This document shows, piece by piece, positions 9,989 to 20,300 of a stretch of DNA of 58,338 nucleotides (position 1 is the stretch's first letter; the number at the start of each line of letters is the position of its first letter). The stretch spans positions 1-58,338 of the forward strand of contig JAZNNL010000010.1 in the NCBI GenBank assembly GCA_045580245.1, written 5' to 3'. The stretch comes from Lachnospiraceae bacterium. GTDB taxonomy: Bacteria; Bacillota; Clostridia; Lachnospirales; Lachnospiraceae. The translations under genes were made by a program, and so were the position numbers. The notes below the pieces were generated by a model. It did not search any database. It worked only from the letters and a program-made list of their open reading frames with translations, and had not been told where the DNA came from.

Positions 9989-10447
9989 ATGATAATATTC
10001 CAAGAATTATTACAAAACAAAGTTTTAATCAGCGCTTTGGCCGGCTGGTGTATTGCACAGGTTCTAAAAACCATTATTCATCTGTTTTTTACCAAAAAGT
10101 TTGTAGCCGAAAGGCTGGTGGGCAGTGGCGGTATGCCCAGTTCTCATTCCGCAACGGTTTGTGCGCTGTCAACTTCCGCACTCATTGTTTATGGTATCGG
10201 CAGTTTTGAATTTGCCATTTCCTTTATTCTGGCAGTCATTGTTATGCACGACGCCATGGGTGTACGCCGTGAAACCGGTATCCAGGCAAAAGTACTGAAC
10301 GAATTAATTGAAGTGTTTGCCGCAATGGACAGCGACATGTCTGCCCAGGAAAAACTAAAGGAATTTGTAGGCCATACCCCTTTGCAGGTTTTAGTTGGTG
10401 CACTTCTAGGTATTACCATTGCAATTCTGGTATGTATTATGTTATAA
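9989..10447 (+). CDS. Divergent PAP2 family protein (DUF212)
   Basis: SGGMPSSHSA, VMHDAMGVRR and GHTPLQV motifs. Confidence 0.9.
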   Translation: MIIFQELLQNKVLISALAGWCIAQVLKTIIHLFFTKKFVAERLVGSGGMPSSHSATVCALSTSALIVYGIGSFEFAISFILAVIVMHDAMGVRRETGIQAKVLNELIEVFAAMDSDMSAQEKLKEFVGHTPLQVLVGALLGITIAILVCIML

Positions 10448-10485
10448 TGAACTTTGGGATTTTTTGACGAAAGAGAGGATATATT

Positions 10486-11664
10486 ATGAAGAAACATTCA
10501 TTACTTCTGTTGTTATCCCTTTCCGCTATGCTTGTACTCGGCGGATGCGGCAATGACTCAGAAGATGCTGATGCTCCCGTACGTCCCAGTGACCTGGAGC
10601 AGACCATCGAATCTACAACACAGGATACCACAGCTACCACTCCTGAAACCACTGTTGAAACCGAAGAAGAACCGGAAGATGTTCCCCCTGAAGAAGGCTT
10701 GGTTCACAGCCCTTTAACCAACGAATGGATTGATGAAGAACTGGCAGCACAGCGTCCCATCGCAGTAATGTTCCCTATCGACAGAGCCGCTCAGCCTCAA
10801 TACGGCATTGGTGAAGCCGGCGTATTGTACGAGTGTCTGGAAGAAGGAAACATGTCCCGTCAGATGGGTATTATCCAGGATTGGAAAGACATGGAAACCA
10901 TTGGTAACATCCGAAGCGGTCGTGACTACTACGGATACTGGTGTATGGAATGGGATGCCATTTTTGTACACTGGGGTGGCCCTTACTACCTGTGTGAAGT
11001 AACCGGACGTGATGATTTCGATTACTTATCTGCAGTTGCAGTAGGTGCAGGCAGTGCCATTGAAACTCCCGCAGCAGGTGCCGGCGCATTCTTCCGTTGG
11101 GGTGACAACTCAGCTCCTCACAACGGTTATACCAGCGGTGAAAAATTATTAAAAGCGATTAACTCTTTAGAATATGATGTAGAACACACTTCTTCATCTT
11201 ACGAAGCAAAACACTTTGATTTCGTTCCCATGGGTGAAATCAATACCTTGGCAGATGCTGCTGATTCTTTCGAAGCAACTGAGATTGATTTAACAGGTAT
11301 TTTCCCTGTTACCAAATCTTCTTTTGAATACGATGAAGCAACCGGCACTTATTTAAAATATCTGTACGGTTCTCCTCAGATTGATGCTGCTACCGGTGAA
11401 CAGCTTGCATTTACCAATATCATCATCCAGGATACCGCATGGGAATACAGAGAAGATAATAAGTATCTGAAATTCCAGACCAACGATTCCGGCCGTACCG
11501 GTTGGTACTTCACACAGGGTCGCGGCATCCAGATTACCTGGGAAAAGGAAGATGACTTCTCTCCTACCAGATACTATGATATGGAAGGCAATGAAATTGA
11601 AATCAATGCCGGACATACCTATATCGGTGTAGCACAGGAAGGTTGCAAGCCTATTTACGAATAA
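10486..11664 (+). CDS. Lipoprotein, DUF3048/YerB-like
   Basis: Lipobox LVLGGC, acidic linker, SPLTNE..RPIAVM, RSGRDYY, HWGG, APHNGY. Confidence 0.8.
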   Translation: MKKHSLLLLLSLSAMLVLGGCGNDSEDADAPVRPSDLEQTIESTTQDTTATTPETTVETEEEPEDVPPEEGLVHSPLTNEWIDEELAAQRPIAVMFPIDRAAQPQYGIGEAGVLYECLEEGNMSRQMGIIQDWKDMETIGNIRSGRDYYGYWCMEWDAIFVHWGGPYYLCEVTGRDDFDYLSAVAVGAGSAIETPAAGAGAFFRWGDNSAPHNGYTSGEKLLKAINSLEYDVEHTSSSYEAKHFDFVPMGEINTLADAADSFEATEIDLTGIFPVTKSSFEYDEATGTYLKYLYGSPQIDAATGEQLAFTNIIIQDTAWEYREDNKYLKFQTNDSGRTGWYFTQGRGIQITWEKEDDFSPTRYYDMEGNEIEINAGHTYIGVAQEGCKPIYE

Positions 11665-11672
11665 GCATGATG

Positions 11673-11722
11673 AAAGAACTGCAGGAAATTAGTCAAAGCT
11701 GATTTCCTACGGTTCTTTTTTT
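11673..11722 (+). terminator. Rho-independent terminator
   Basis: AAAGAACTGCAGGAAATTAG-loop-CTGATTTCCTACGGTTCTTTTTTT, directly after the lipoprotein stop. Confidence 0.75.
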
Positions 11723-11826
11723 ATGCACAAATGGGACTAACATACGATATTAAATGATTACATTTTGTGATAATATGAAATACAAAATAATATATTATTA
11801 GTATGCGTATCATTTGGGGAGGTCTT

Positions 11827-12534
11827 ATGAAATTTGTAATTGAGCATTTATCCAAGAAGTATGAAAGCAAGGTTGTATTAAAAGATATTGACTTTACCTT
11901 CGAAAAAGGACGGATTTACGGCCTGCTGGGTCGCAACGGTGCCGGCAAAACCACTTTATTTAATTGTTTAAACAGGGACATCAAATCTGATGGAGGCACC
12001 TTTTATTTCCTCACCGAAACAGGTCACCGGGAGGTCACGCCGGAGGATATCGGTTATGTACTGTCCACGCCTACTGTTCCGGAATTTTTAACCGGCAGGG
12101 AATTTTTGAAGTTTTTTATGGATATCCATAGTAATACCATAAAAAATCCCCAGCCGTTGGATAATTATTTTGACATGGTGCGCATTGCTCCCGAGGACCG
12201 CGACAAGCTGTTAAAAGACTATTCACACGGTATGAAGAATAAGATGCAGATGTTAATCAACATCATTGCTCAGCCGAATCTTCTGCTTTTGGACGAACCC
12301 TTAACCTCTTTGGATGTAGTCGTAGCCGAAGAAATGAAAGAGCTGCTGCGTTCCTTAAAGGATAACCGTATTACCATTTTTTCTACGCACCTTTTGGATT
12401 TGGCACTGGACTTATGCGACGAAATTGTACTATTAAGCCACGGTGAATTACAAATTGTGGACAAAGCAGATTTAAACAACGCAGAATTCAAAGACAAAAT
12501 TATTGCTGCACTGAAGGAGGACGGAAATGTTTAA
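11827..12534 (+). CDS. ABC transporter ATP-binding protein
   Basis: Walker A GRNGAGKT, degenerate signature YSHGM, Walker B LLLLDEP, H-loop STH. Confidence 0.92.
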   Translation: MKFVIEHLSKKYESKVVLKDIDFTFEKGRIYGLLGRNGAGKTTLFNCLNRDIKSDGGTFYFLTETGHREVTPEDIGYVLSTPTVPEFLTGREFLKFFMDIHSNTIKNPQPLDNYFDMVRIAPEDRDKLLKDYSHGMKNKMQMLINIIAQPNLLLLDEPLTSLDVVVAEEMKELLRSLKDNRITIFSTHLLDLALDLCDEIVLLSHGELQIVDKADLNNAEFKDKIIAALKEDGNV

Positions 12535-14098
12535 AACTTTGCGGATTTCCTTTTCCTTAAAAAATACCTACCGGGTAAACGGCATTCTGTATGCACTAAA
12601 GCAGATACCTCTTATCAAAAAAATACTGCCGGACTCTTTATATCGGATACAGGGCTTTAAAATTTTTGCCAACATACTTTCCGTTCTGTGGGAGTTTGTT
12701 TCTGCCTTTTTATGGAAATTTTTATACTTTTTATTTATGATTTCCATGGTTGCACCTATGTATGAAAAGGTACCCCAAGATACCATGTTTATACATTTAC
12801 TCTTCTGGCTTACTTTGATAGGTTCTTTTGTAAACACCATTATGTTCGACCCTACAAAGGATAAATATTATGCCATTGTGTTATTGAACATGAACGCCAG
12901 AGAGTATACCCTTATCAATTATTTTTATGCCATGTTGAAAATAGCCGTTGCCTTTGGCTTGTTTGGTCTTTTATTCGGGTCGCAAGCCGGTTTACCCATA
13001 TGGCAATGTCTTCTGATTCCTTTTTTTGTTGTAGGCATCAAAATTATGATTGCAACCTATGCTTTGTGGCGTTACGAAAGAACCGGCAAACCCACCAATG
13101 AAAATTTGCTGAACAAATATCAATGGATTGGGATTTTACTCCTTTTGCTGATTGCTTACGCAGTACCGTTTTCAGGTATTGCCACTCCCAAAATCTTTGT
13201 GTTACCGGTCATGGCTTTTATTGCTGTTGCAGGTTTTTTGTGCATGTTTAAGCTTGTTTCATTCCCGTATTACCGTGAAGTTTATAAAGAACTTTTAAGT
13301 GAAACCATGGCAATGCAGGTCAGTGCAAAAAACATGAACAGAGAAATGTCCCACAAATCAATTAGTGCCGACACGCAGATACAAAGCAGAAAAAAAGGGT
13401 TTGAATACTTGAACGAATTGTTTATCAGGCGCCACCAAAAAATTCTCTGGAAATCTGTAAAAAAAATATCACTGGTCTGTATCGGATTGATTGCCGCTTT
13501 ATTAGTGTTATTTGCAGTGTATCCTCAGGCAAAACAGCCTGTAAACGACGCACTGATGACTTCCCTACCTATTTCCCTGTTTGTGATGTACATTATTAAC
13601 AGGGGAACAAGCTTTACCCGTGCTTTATTTATCAACTGCGACCACAGCTTATTGACATATTCTTTTTACAAGCAACCTAAATTTATTTTACAGCTGTTTC
13701 AGATACGTCTGAGGGAAATCATAAAAATCAATTTGCTTCCGGCAACTATTATCGGTTTCGGACTTGCCCTATTATTGTTTGCTTCCGGAGGCACTGATGC
13801 ACCGTTAGATTATGTTGTATTAATCGTATCCATTATATGTCTCAGCATTTTCTTTTCGGTGCACTACCTGACCATTTATTATCTGTTACAGCCCTATAAC
13901 GCCGAAACAGATATTAAAAGCGGTATGTATCAGCTCATCATGTCTGCTACTTATATGGTATGTTATATTTTTATTCAGATAGAATTGCCTACTCTGTATT
14001 TTGGCGCTGCAACCATTATTTTCTGCATTTTATACTGTATTGTAGCAAGTATTCTGGTGTATAAGCTGGCTTCAAAAACCTTTAAAATCAGGACGTAA
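12527..14098 (+). CDS. Putative ABC exporter permease
   Basis: 523 aa with about 12 hydrophobic segments in two blocks; overlaps the ATPase gene. Confidence 0.75.
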   Translation: MFKTLRISFSLKNTYRVNGILYALKQIPLIKKILPDSLYRIQGFKIFANILSVLWEFVSAFLWKFLYFLFMISMVAPMYEKVPQDTMFIHLLFWLTLIGSFVNTIMFDPTKDKYYAIVLLNMNAREYTLINYFYAMLKIAVAFGLFGLLFGSQAGLPIWQCLLIPFFVVGIKIMIATYALWRYERTGKPTNENLLNKYQWIGILLLLLIAYAVPFSGIATPKIFVLPVMAFIAVAGFLCMFKLVSFPYYREVYKELLSETMAMQVSAKNMNREMSHKSISADTQIQSRKKGFEYLNELFIRRHQKILWKSVKKISLVCIGLIAALLVLFAVYPQAKQPVNDALMTSLPISLFVMYIINRGTSFTRALFINCDHSLLTYSFYKQPKFILQLFQIRLREIIKINLLPATIIGFGLALLLFASGGTDAPLDYVVLIVSIICLSIFFSVHYLTIYYLLQPYNAETDIKSGMYQLIMSATYMVCYIFIQIELPTLYFGAATIIFCILYCIVASILVYKLASKTFKIRT

Positions 14099-14307
14099 AA
14101 AAGAACTGCGGAAAATAGAATATTTTCCTAATTCTCTGAAAAAAGTTTTCCGGCGCAGACCCTTGGCGAACGTCGGTACTTAGCGAAACTATCTCGAAGA
14201 GATAGTTTGAGTTTAGTACCGCTACGTTCGGCGGGAGCGAGAGCGAGTCTGCAAGGAAACTTTTTACAGCGAATTAGGAAAGTACCTATTCTTCACAGTC
14301 CTTTTTT
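14097..14307 (+). repeat. Dispersed structured intergenic element, copy C; probably also a terminator
   Basis: Paired arms TTTCCTAATTC/GAATTAGGAAA, AAAAAG-T-TTTCC/GGAAACTTTTT, GCAGAC/GTCTGC, CGAACGT/ACGTTCG and CGGTACTTAGC/GTTTAGTACCG; apical AAACTATCTC-GAA-GAGATAGTTT; side hairpin GCGAGAGC; flanked by an A-run and a T-run. Confidence 0.88.
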
Positions 14308-14330
14308 ATTATTATACCAGCTACACGTCT

Positions 14331-15500
14331 CTATTTATCAGCTTTCTTTCCTATACTACGATTAATATTTTCAGTAACAGCTATCATGAATACCAGTACG
14401 ACCAGTAGGAAAAAAGGGTAAATCCCAAGACCTGTTATATCCGTTATCCCCCCGAAAATCACCGGCATAAAAGTGGTGCCGATATAAGCACACCCCATCT
14501 GTACCCCCATGATTGCCTGGGATTGTTCCGGTCCAAAGTTTACCGGTGTTGCGTGAATCAGCCCGGGATAAACAGGTGCACAACCGATTCCCAATAAAAT
14601 CAATGCTATCAGTGTAGCGGTTGCTCCTAATGGCAGAAAGAATAACAAAATTGCCACAACGCATAGGGATTGTCCGATTCTCACCATATTTTTATCGCCC
14701 ATTCTATCTGAAACGAACCCGCTAATCAGTCTGCCAGCGGTGATTCCCAGATAAAACAAGGAGGCATATTTTGCCGCAGTTTCTGCATCGATTCCTTTTT
14801 CGAATACCAGAAAACTGCTTGCCCACAAACCTGCGGTTGTCTCCACGGCACAATAGCTGAAAAAGGCAACCAGCACACCTAAAGCACCTTTCATTTTCAA
14901 CACTTCTGTTATTTTCACTTTATTGTCTTTGGCATCCTTGCCTTCTTCTTGTACAGGCTTTTTCCACAACGGCAGAGAAAAGAGCAGAGCCACAACCAGA
15001 AGAGTCTGCAATACACCAATAATCTGATAACCGTTATTCCATGTCAAATGATGGGTCAGGCAAAGCCCCATAATATAGGGTCCCACAGTAGCACCTACTC
15101 CCCAGAAACAATGTAACCAGTTCATATGTCTGGATTGATAGTGTACTGCCACGTAATTGTTCAGTGCCGCATCTACGCTGCCCGCTCCCAGACCGTAGGG
15201 AATTCCCCACAGACATAATGCAGTAAAAGAGGAGGATACAGAAAAGCCAAACAACGCTACTGCAGTCATTGCTACACTGATAGCCGTTACCTTACCGGTG
15301 CCCAATGCAGCAATAATCTTACCCGAAAACATACTGGAAACAATCGTTCCTCCCGCAATAATCATGGAAATGATACTGACGGAAAAAACCGGTACCTGTA
15401 ATTCCTCATACATACTGGGCCAGGCGGACCCCAATATGGAGTCCGGAAGGCCCAGTGAAATAAATGCTATATAAATAATAACTAATAACACCGAAAACAT
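14331..15500 (-). CDS. MFS transporter
   Basis: About 12 TM segments; SLGLPDSILGSAWP, MNWLHCFWGVG and GRLISGFVSDRMGDK (MFS motif). Confidence 0.9.
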   Translation of the reverse strand: MFSVLLVIIYIAFISLGLPDSILGSAWPSMYEELQVPVFSVSIISMIIAGGTIVSSMFSGKIIAALGTGKVTAISVAMTAVALFGFSVSSSFTALCLWGIPYGLGAGSVDAALNNYVAVHYQSRHMNWLHCFWGVGATVGPYIMGLCLTHHLTWNNGYQIIGVLQTLLVVALLFSLPLWKKPVQEEGKDAKDNKVKITEVLKMKGALGVLVAFFSYCAVETTAGLWASSFLVFEKGIDAETAAKYASLFYLGITAGRLISGFVSDRMGDKNMVRIGQSLCVVAILLFFLPLGATATLIALILLGIGCAPVYPGLIHATPVNFGPEQSQAIMGVQMGCAYIGTTFMPVIFGGITDITGLGIYPFFLLVVLVFMIAVTENINRSIGKKADK

Positions 15501-15555
15501 TTATTGTCTCCTTGACACAATACTAATCCATCAAGCACACATCTGTCCCTCAGAC

Positions 15556-17229
15556 TTAGCCCAATTCCAAGCGGTTAATTGCAGAAAAGATTGCGCGCAC
15601 GGAAGCTCTGGTAATATTGGAGCTGACACCCACACCGTAGGTAACATGACCGGTCTGGGAATCCAGCAGGTGAATATATGCAGCAGCCTGGGAATTGGAA
15701 CCGCTCTGCAATGCGTGTTCTTCGTAATCCAGTACCTTGATACGGATATCCAGTTCTTCACACAAGCCTCTCTGTACAGCGTCAATAGGACCATTACCCA
15801 CAGCAGTAAAGGTTTTTGCTACACCTCTGTTGGTGTAATCCACCGTTACTCTGGTATCGAAAGCAGTTTCCACTTCGCCGCTCAAATCGTCTACGCGCAG
15901 TTTGCGGAAATGAATAGGTTCTTTTTTGTCCAGATATTCTGCCTTGAAGCATTCCATAATCTGTTCGGGAGATACTTCGCCCTGTTTCTCGGACACATTC
16001 TGGATAACATTCGCAAATTCTTTGTGCATTGCCTTGGGTAATTTGTATCCAAAATAAGAATCCATAACAAAAGCCACACCACCCTTGCCGGACTGTGAAT
16101 TGATGCGAACGATGGGTTCATATTCCCTGCCGATATCTGCAGGATCAATAGGCAGATACGGTACCTGCCAGTGTTCACTGCCTCTTTCCCTAAGTGCCTG
16201 CACACCCTTGTTGATGGCATCCTGATGGGAACCGGAGAATGCAGTAAATACTAACTTTCCGGCATAAGGGTGTCTGGGATGGATAGGCATCTTACAGCAT
16301 CTTTCATAAATTTCAATAATATCGTTTACTTTTTCAATAGCCAGTTCAGGATCAATACCCTGAGAGAACATATTGTAAGCAATATTTAAAATATCCACAT
16401 TACCGGTACGTTCTCCGTTGCCAAACAAAGTACCTTCCACTCTGTCTGCACCTGCCAGCAATGCAAGCTCTGCACTTGCCACACCGGTACCTCTGTCATT
16501 GTGAGGATGTACACTGACAATCAGGCTTTCCCTATTTTTAAAATGACGAATCATCCACTCTATCTGGTCTGCATATACATTGGGAGTATTCATTTCAACC
16601 GTAGAAGGCAGATTCATAATCATAGGATCTTCCTTAGTAGGGCCCCACACCTCCTGTACTGCAGTACAGATTTCCAGTGCAAAATCCAATTCTGTACCGG
16701 TAAAGCTTTCGGGAGAATACTCCAGAATAATTTTGCCGGGGAATTTGGCAGCACGTTCTTTTACCATCTGTGTGCCTTTTACTGCAATATCAATGATTTC
16801 TTCACGGTTCATATGGAACACCACATCTCTCTGTAAGGTAGATGTGGAATTGTATATATGTACAACTGCCTGCTTACAGCCTTCAATTGCTTCAAAGGTT
16901 CTGTCAATCAGCTCTTCCCTGCACTGTGTCAGTACCTGGACACGGACATCATCAGGAATCAGCTTTCTGTCTATCAGCTGACGCAGAAAATCAAATTCAA
17001 TCTGGCTGGCCGCAGGAAATCCGATTTCAATTTCCTTAAATCCTAATTTCACCAGAAACTCAAACATTTCAATTTTTTCATTTACCTGCATAGGGTCAAT
17101 CAGCGCCTGATTACCGTCACGTAAATCCACACTGCACCAGATGGGTGCCTTTTCGATTTCTTTGTCAGGCCACTGTCTCTCTTTGTAATCTATAACAGGG
17201 TTTTTCTGATAACGCTTGTAATTCAACAT
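15556..17229 (-). CDS. leuA: 2-isopropylmalate synthase (type 2)
   Basis: WCSVDLRDGNQAL, HPHNDRGT, GNGERTGN, FSGSHQDAI and RINSQSGKGG, plus the regulatory domain GNGPIDA. Confidence 0.96.
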   Translation of the reverse strand: MLNYKRYQKNPVIDYKERQWPDKEIEKAPIWCSVDLRDGNQALIDPMQVNEKIEMFEFLVKLGFKEIEIGFPAASQIEFDFLRQLIDRKLIPDDVRVQVLTQCREELIDRTFEAIEGCKQAVVHIYNSTSTLQRDVVFHMNREEIIDIAVKGTQMVKERAAKFPGKIILEYSPESFTGTELDFALEICTAVQEVWGPTKEDPMIMNLPSTVEMNTPNVYADQIEWMIRHFKNRESLIVSVHPHNDRGTGVASAELALLAGADRVEGTLFGNGERTGNVDILNIAYNMFSQGIDPELAIEKVNDIIEIYERCCKMPIHPRHPYAGKLVFTAFSGSHQDAINKGVQALRERGSEHWQVPYLPIDPADIGREYEPIVRINSQSGKGGVAFVMDSYFGYKLPKAMHKEFANVIQNVSEKQGEVSPEQIMECFKAEYLDKKEPIHFRKLRVDDLSGEVETAFDTRVTVDYTNRGVAKTFTAVGNGPIDAVQRGLCEELDIRIKVLDYEEHALQSGSNSQAAAYIHLLDSQTGHVTYGVGVSSNITRASVRAIFSAINRLELG

Positions 17230-17259
17230 ATTATTTCACACTTTCCTATTATCTAAAAT

Positions 17260-17281
17260 CAGCCCATCCGCAGATGGGCTG
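17260..17281 (-). terminator. Hairpin or weak terminator between the HPr gene and leuA
   Basis: CAGCCCATC-cgca-GATGGGCTG, followed by a short T-run on the minus strand. Confidence 0.55.
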
Positions 17282-17301
17282 TCAGTTACATGTAAAAAAT
17301 C

Positions 17302-17565
17302 TTATTCACCAAGGCCGCTTTCAACCACTCCGACCAATGCACTTAATGCACCTTCTTCATCTTCGCCTTCACAGGTAAACTCGATTTCATCTCCACACTT
17401 CACGCAGGCTCCCAATACGCTCAATACACTTTTGGCATTGGCGGTATTGTCGCGAAATCTAAACGTAATTAATGATTTATATTTCATTGCTTCCTTACAT
17501 AGAATACCTGCGGGTCTTAGATGTAATCCGGTGGGATTTTTAATCACAACCTTTTGACTTACCAT
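17302..17565 (-). CDS. ptsH: HPr family phosphocarrier protein
   Basis: GLHLRPA (His15) and NAKSVLSVL (Ser46); GGAGG RBS. Confidence 0.85.
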   Translation of the reverse strand: MVSQKVVIKNPTGLHLRPAGILCKEAMKYKSLITFRFRDNTANAKSVLSVLGACVKCGDEIEFTCEGEDEEGALSALVGVVESGLGE

Positions 17566-17636
17566 GACGTAGTACCTCCAATTTCCCTTCTCACACTTCA
17601 ACTATACCATTTTTTAGTAAGGTTCACAAGCCTTTT

Positions 17637-18986
17637 CTAAAACATAATATCCTGTATCAGAACTGCCAGTTTTTCAGCTTCTTCCTGAATCTGTTCCTTG
17701 TCCTTACCCTCTATCATTACACGTACCAAAGGTTCTGTTCCGGAAGGACGGATTAACACACGACCTTCTCCTGCAAACTTGGCTGTCAGCTCATCGATAG
17801 CCTTTGCAATTTCCGGATATTCCAGATAATGATCTTTCTTATGGTTTGCAACCTTTGCATTTACCAGCGCCTGAGGCAACACTTCCATCACTTTTGCCAG
17901 TTCGGAAAGAGGTTTACCGGTATCCACAATAACCTGCAACAAATGTAATGCGCTTAATAATCCGTCACCGGTAGTATTTTCATCTAAAAAGATAATGTGA
18001 CCGGACTGTTCACCACCCAGACTTGCACCGATTTCACGCATGCGTTCCAGTACATAACGGTCGCCTACCTTGGTCTGTTCTGCTGTAACGCCATTCTTTT
18101 CTGCCATTAAGAAAAATCCCAAGTTACTCATAACGGTTGCTACAATGGCATTCTGCTTCAGGGTTCCGTTTTTCTTCATATGCAGACCTACGATGGACAT
18201 AATCTGGTCACCGTCCACGATATTACCGTTTTCGTCCACAGCCAGCATTCTGTCCGCATCTCCGTCAAATGCCAGACCTACATTTGCCTTTTCATATACG
18301 ACACGTGCCTGTAATTCTTCCATATGGGTAGAACCGCAGTTTGCATTGATATTGGTTCCGTCGGGATTGTTATGGATAGCAACAATTTCTGCGCCCAAAT
18401 CTTTTAATGCTTCTACGGATGTATAGAAAGCAGCACCTTCTGCGCAGTCCACAACAATCTTCATACCGGTCAAATCCACCGGTACAGACTGTACTGCGTG
18501 ATTAATATACTCTTCCCTTGCATCGGTACGGTATTTTACCTTACCTACGCCGGAACCTGTAGGGAATTTTACACCCTGCATATTATTTTTAATCAATGCT
18601 TCTATTTCATCTTCCATTTCATCAGGCAACTTATATCCGTTACCATCAAAGAATTTAATACCGTTAAATTCAACAGGATTGTGGGATGCTGAAATGACTA
18701 CACCTGCATCTACTTTATATTTTCTGGTTAAATATGCAATTGCAGGGGTCGGGATAACTCCCACAAAAATACAGTTAGCCCCTACCGAACAAGCACCTGC
18801 CATCAAAGCATTTGCCAACATATCTCCTGAAATTCTGGTATCATATCCTACCATCAAAGTAGGCTTGTGTGCCTTTTCTTTTGTTAATACATAAGCTCCT
18901 GCCTGACCCAGCTGCATAGCCAGTAAAGGTGTCAGCTCCTCATTTGCGACTCCGCGTACTCCGTCTGTTCCAAATAAACGTCCCAT
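17637..18986 (-). CDS. glmM: Phosphoglucosamine mutase
   Basis: FGTDGVRG, ISASHNP, FDGDADR and GGEQSGH; last gene of cdaA-cdaR-glmM. Confidence 0.96.
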   Translation of the reverse strand: MGRLFGTDGVRGVANEELTPLLAMQLGQAGAYVLTKEKAHKPTLMVGYDTRISGDMLANALMAGACSVGANCIFVGVIPTPAIAYLTRKYKVDAGVVISASHNPVEFNGIKFFDGNGYKLPDEMEDEIEALIKNNMQGVKFPTGSGVGKVKYRTDAREEYINHAVQSVPVDLTGMKIVVDCAEGAAFYTSVEALKDLGAEIVAIHNNPDGTNINANCGSTHMEELQARVVYEKANVGLAFDGDADRMLAVDENGNIVDGDQIMSIVGLHMKKNGTLKQNAIVATVMSNLGFFLMAEKNGVTAEQTKVGDRYVLERMREIGASLGGEQSGHIIFLDENTTGDGLLSALHLLQVIVDTGKPLSELAKVMEVLPQALVNAKVANHKKDHYLEYPEIAKAIDELTAKFAGEGRVLIRPSGTEPLVRVMIEGKDKEQIQEEAEKLAVLIQDIMF

Positions 18987-20300
18987 TTATTCTATTTCCT
19001 CCGATTCTACTTTTTCAGTTATTTCAATATATGCTCTTAACGGTTCCACTATGGTAATATCCTGTGGCAATTCCATTTGAAGCTCCACTTCGTAAATGCC
19101 AGGTACAGGTGTCTCCCAACCGTGTTCTTCCATCAAATCCGCAACACTGATGGTGCTTTCCAATCCATTGGCATCAATTGCATCTACATTTTCCTGCAGG
19201 CCTTTCACGCGAAGCGTATATACGGACATATCTCCGCTCAACGCAATTTCAAATCCTTCCGGTACATCCGTTATCCGGATATTATCTGCAGATACATTGA
19301 GATTTTTTTCGAACTCTTCTTCAATGTACACTGTAACAAGCACTTTGCCATTAAAGGTAGCATCGGCCAAAATGGTACCCTCCGGTAAATAGCTTTCCAC
19401 CTGAATACTCCTTACGAGATTTTCCGTCTGTCCCGCAATATTGAGTTCTTCCTCCGGAACAATAATATGTTTTACACCTTCTATCGCCCCAACAGAACCC
19501 GCGATGGCAATCTCATCGGGAGCTCCTTCAATGACACCTGTAAAAAGATATCCTTCTGCCGGCGTACCCATTACGGAGTAGAAAACAGGTACCGTCTTGG
19601 TCGCAAGAATATTTACCTGCACCAAGGCATTGGTTACATTCAAATCCAACTTATCCGTTGCAATTTCCACCCCATCCGCATCATATAACTTAATATCCGC
19701 ATTAGTAGAAATATCACCGGTAGAATCCGTAACATCCACCTGCACCTTAGCTTCCGCTATTTGGGATACAATCGATGCCGGTCCGGTCACTTCAATTCTG
19801 TTCTGGTTTGGTATGACACTGTGAATCATGTAGCCTTCAGCCACTTCACCGGTGGTTTCAACTTCCAGCACCAGTCTCTTCATCTTCTTTTCTTCTATAT
19901 TCAGTTTTAAAATTTCATTACTTCCGCTGATAGCTGTTATCTTATCATTGTAGCGCAGGGAGTAAAAACGGATTTCCACCGTATTGGTTACCGTCAGATT
20001 ACTAAAATCTGCTTCCGCCACAATATCGCTACTGCTCAATTCATCCTTAACCGACTTCGGTGCCGTAATGGTAACGCTTCGCACCACATCTGTTTTTTCC
20101 AACACCTCATATACCATATCTTCATTGGTAACCACATCTGTATTTACCAATTTAACCGGTATATTATAGACTGTCCATTTCTCCTCCGGGTCGTCTATAT
20201 TCATTACCACGAGCCAAAGCAGGAATGCAGCCACCAGTGACAGAAGCTTCAGAAACCAGTTATTCAGCAGCTTTTTGCCCAGTTTTTTTATTGTTTTCAA
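18987..20300 (-). CDS. cdaR: CdaR/YbbR-domain regulator of diadenylate cyclase
   Basis: N-terminal TM (NWFLKLLSLVAAFLLW) and repeated YbbR-like beta domains; lies between cdaA and glmM. Confidence 0.85.
   Translation of the reverse strand: MKTIKKLGKKLLNNWFLKLLSLVAAFLLWLVVMNIDDPEEKWTVYNIPVKLVNTDVVTNEDMVYEVLEKTDVVRSVTITAPKSVKDELSSSDIVAEADFSNLTVTNTVEIRFYSLRYNDKITAISGSNEILKLNIEEKKMKRLVLEVETTGEVAEGYMIHSVIPNQNRIEVTGPASIVSQIAEAKVQVDVTDSTGDISTNADIKLYDADGVEIATDKLDLNVTNALVQVNILATKTVPVFYSVMGTPAEGYLFTGVIEGAPDEIAIAGSVGAIEGVKHIIVPEEELNIAGQTENLVRSIQVESYLPEGTILADATFNGKVLVTVYIEEEFEKNLNVSADNIRITDVPEGFEIALSGDMSVYTLRVKGLQENVDAIDANGLESTISVADLMEEHGWETPVPGIYEVELQMELPQDITIVEPLRAYIEITEKVESEEIE

Noticed and set aside
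17230-17300. T-box or leader-peptide attenuator upstream of leuA
   Set aside because: The gap is only about 70 bp with one hairpin; no T-box motif or Leu-rich leader is visible.
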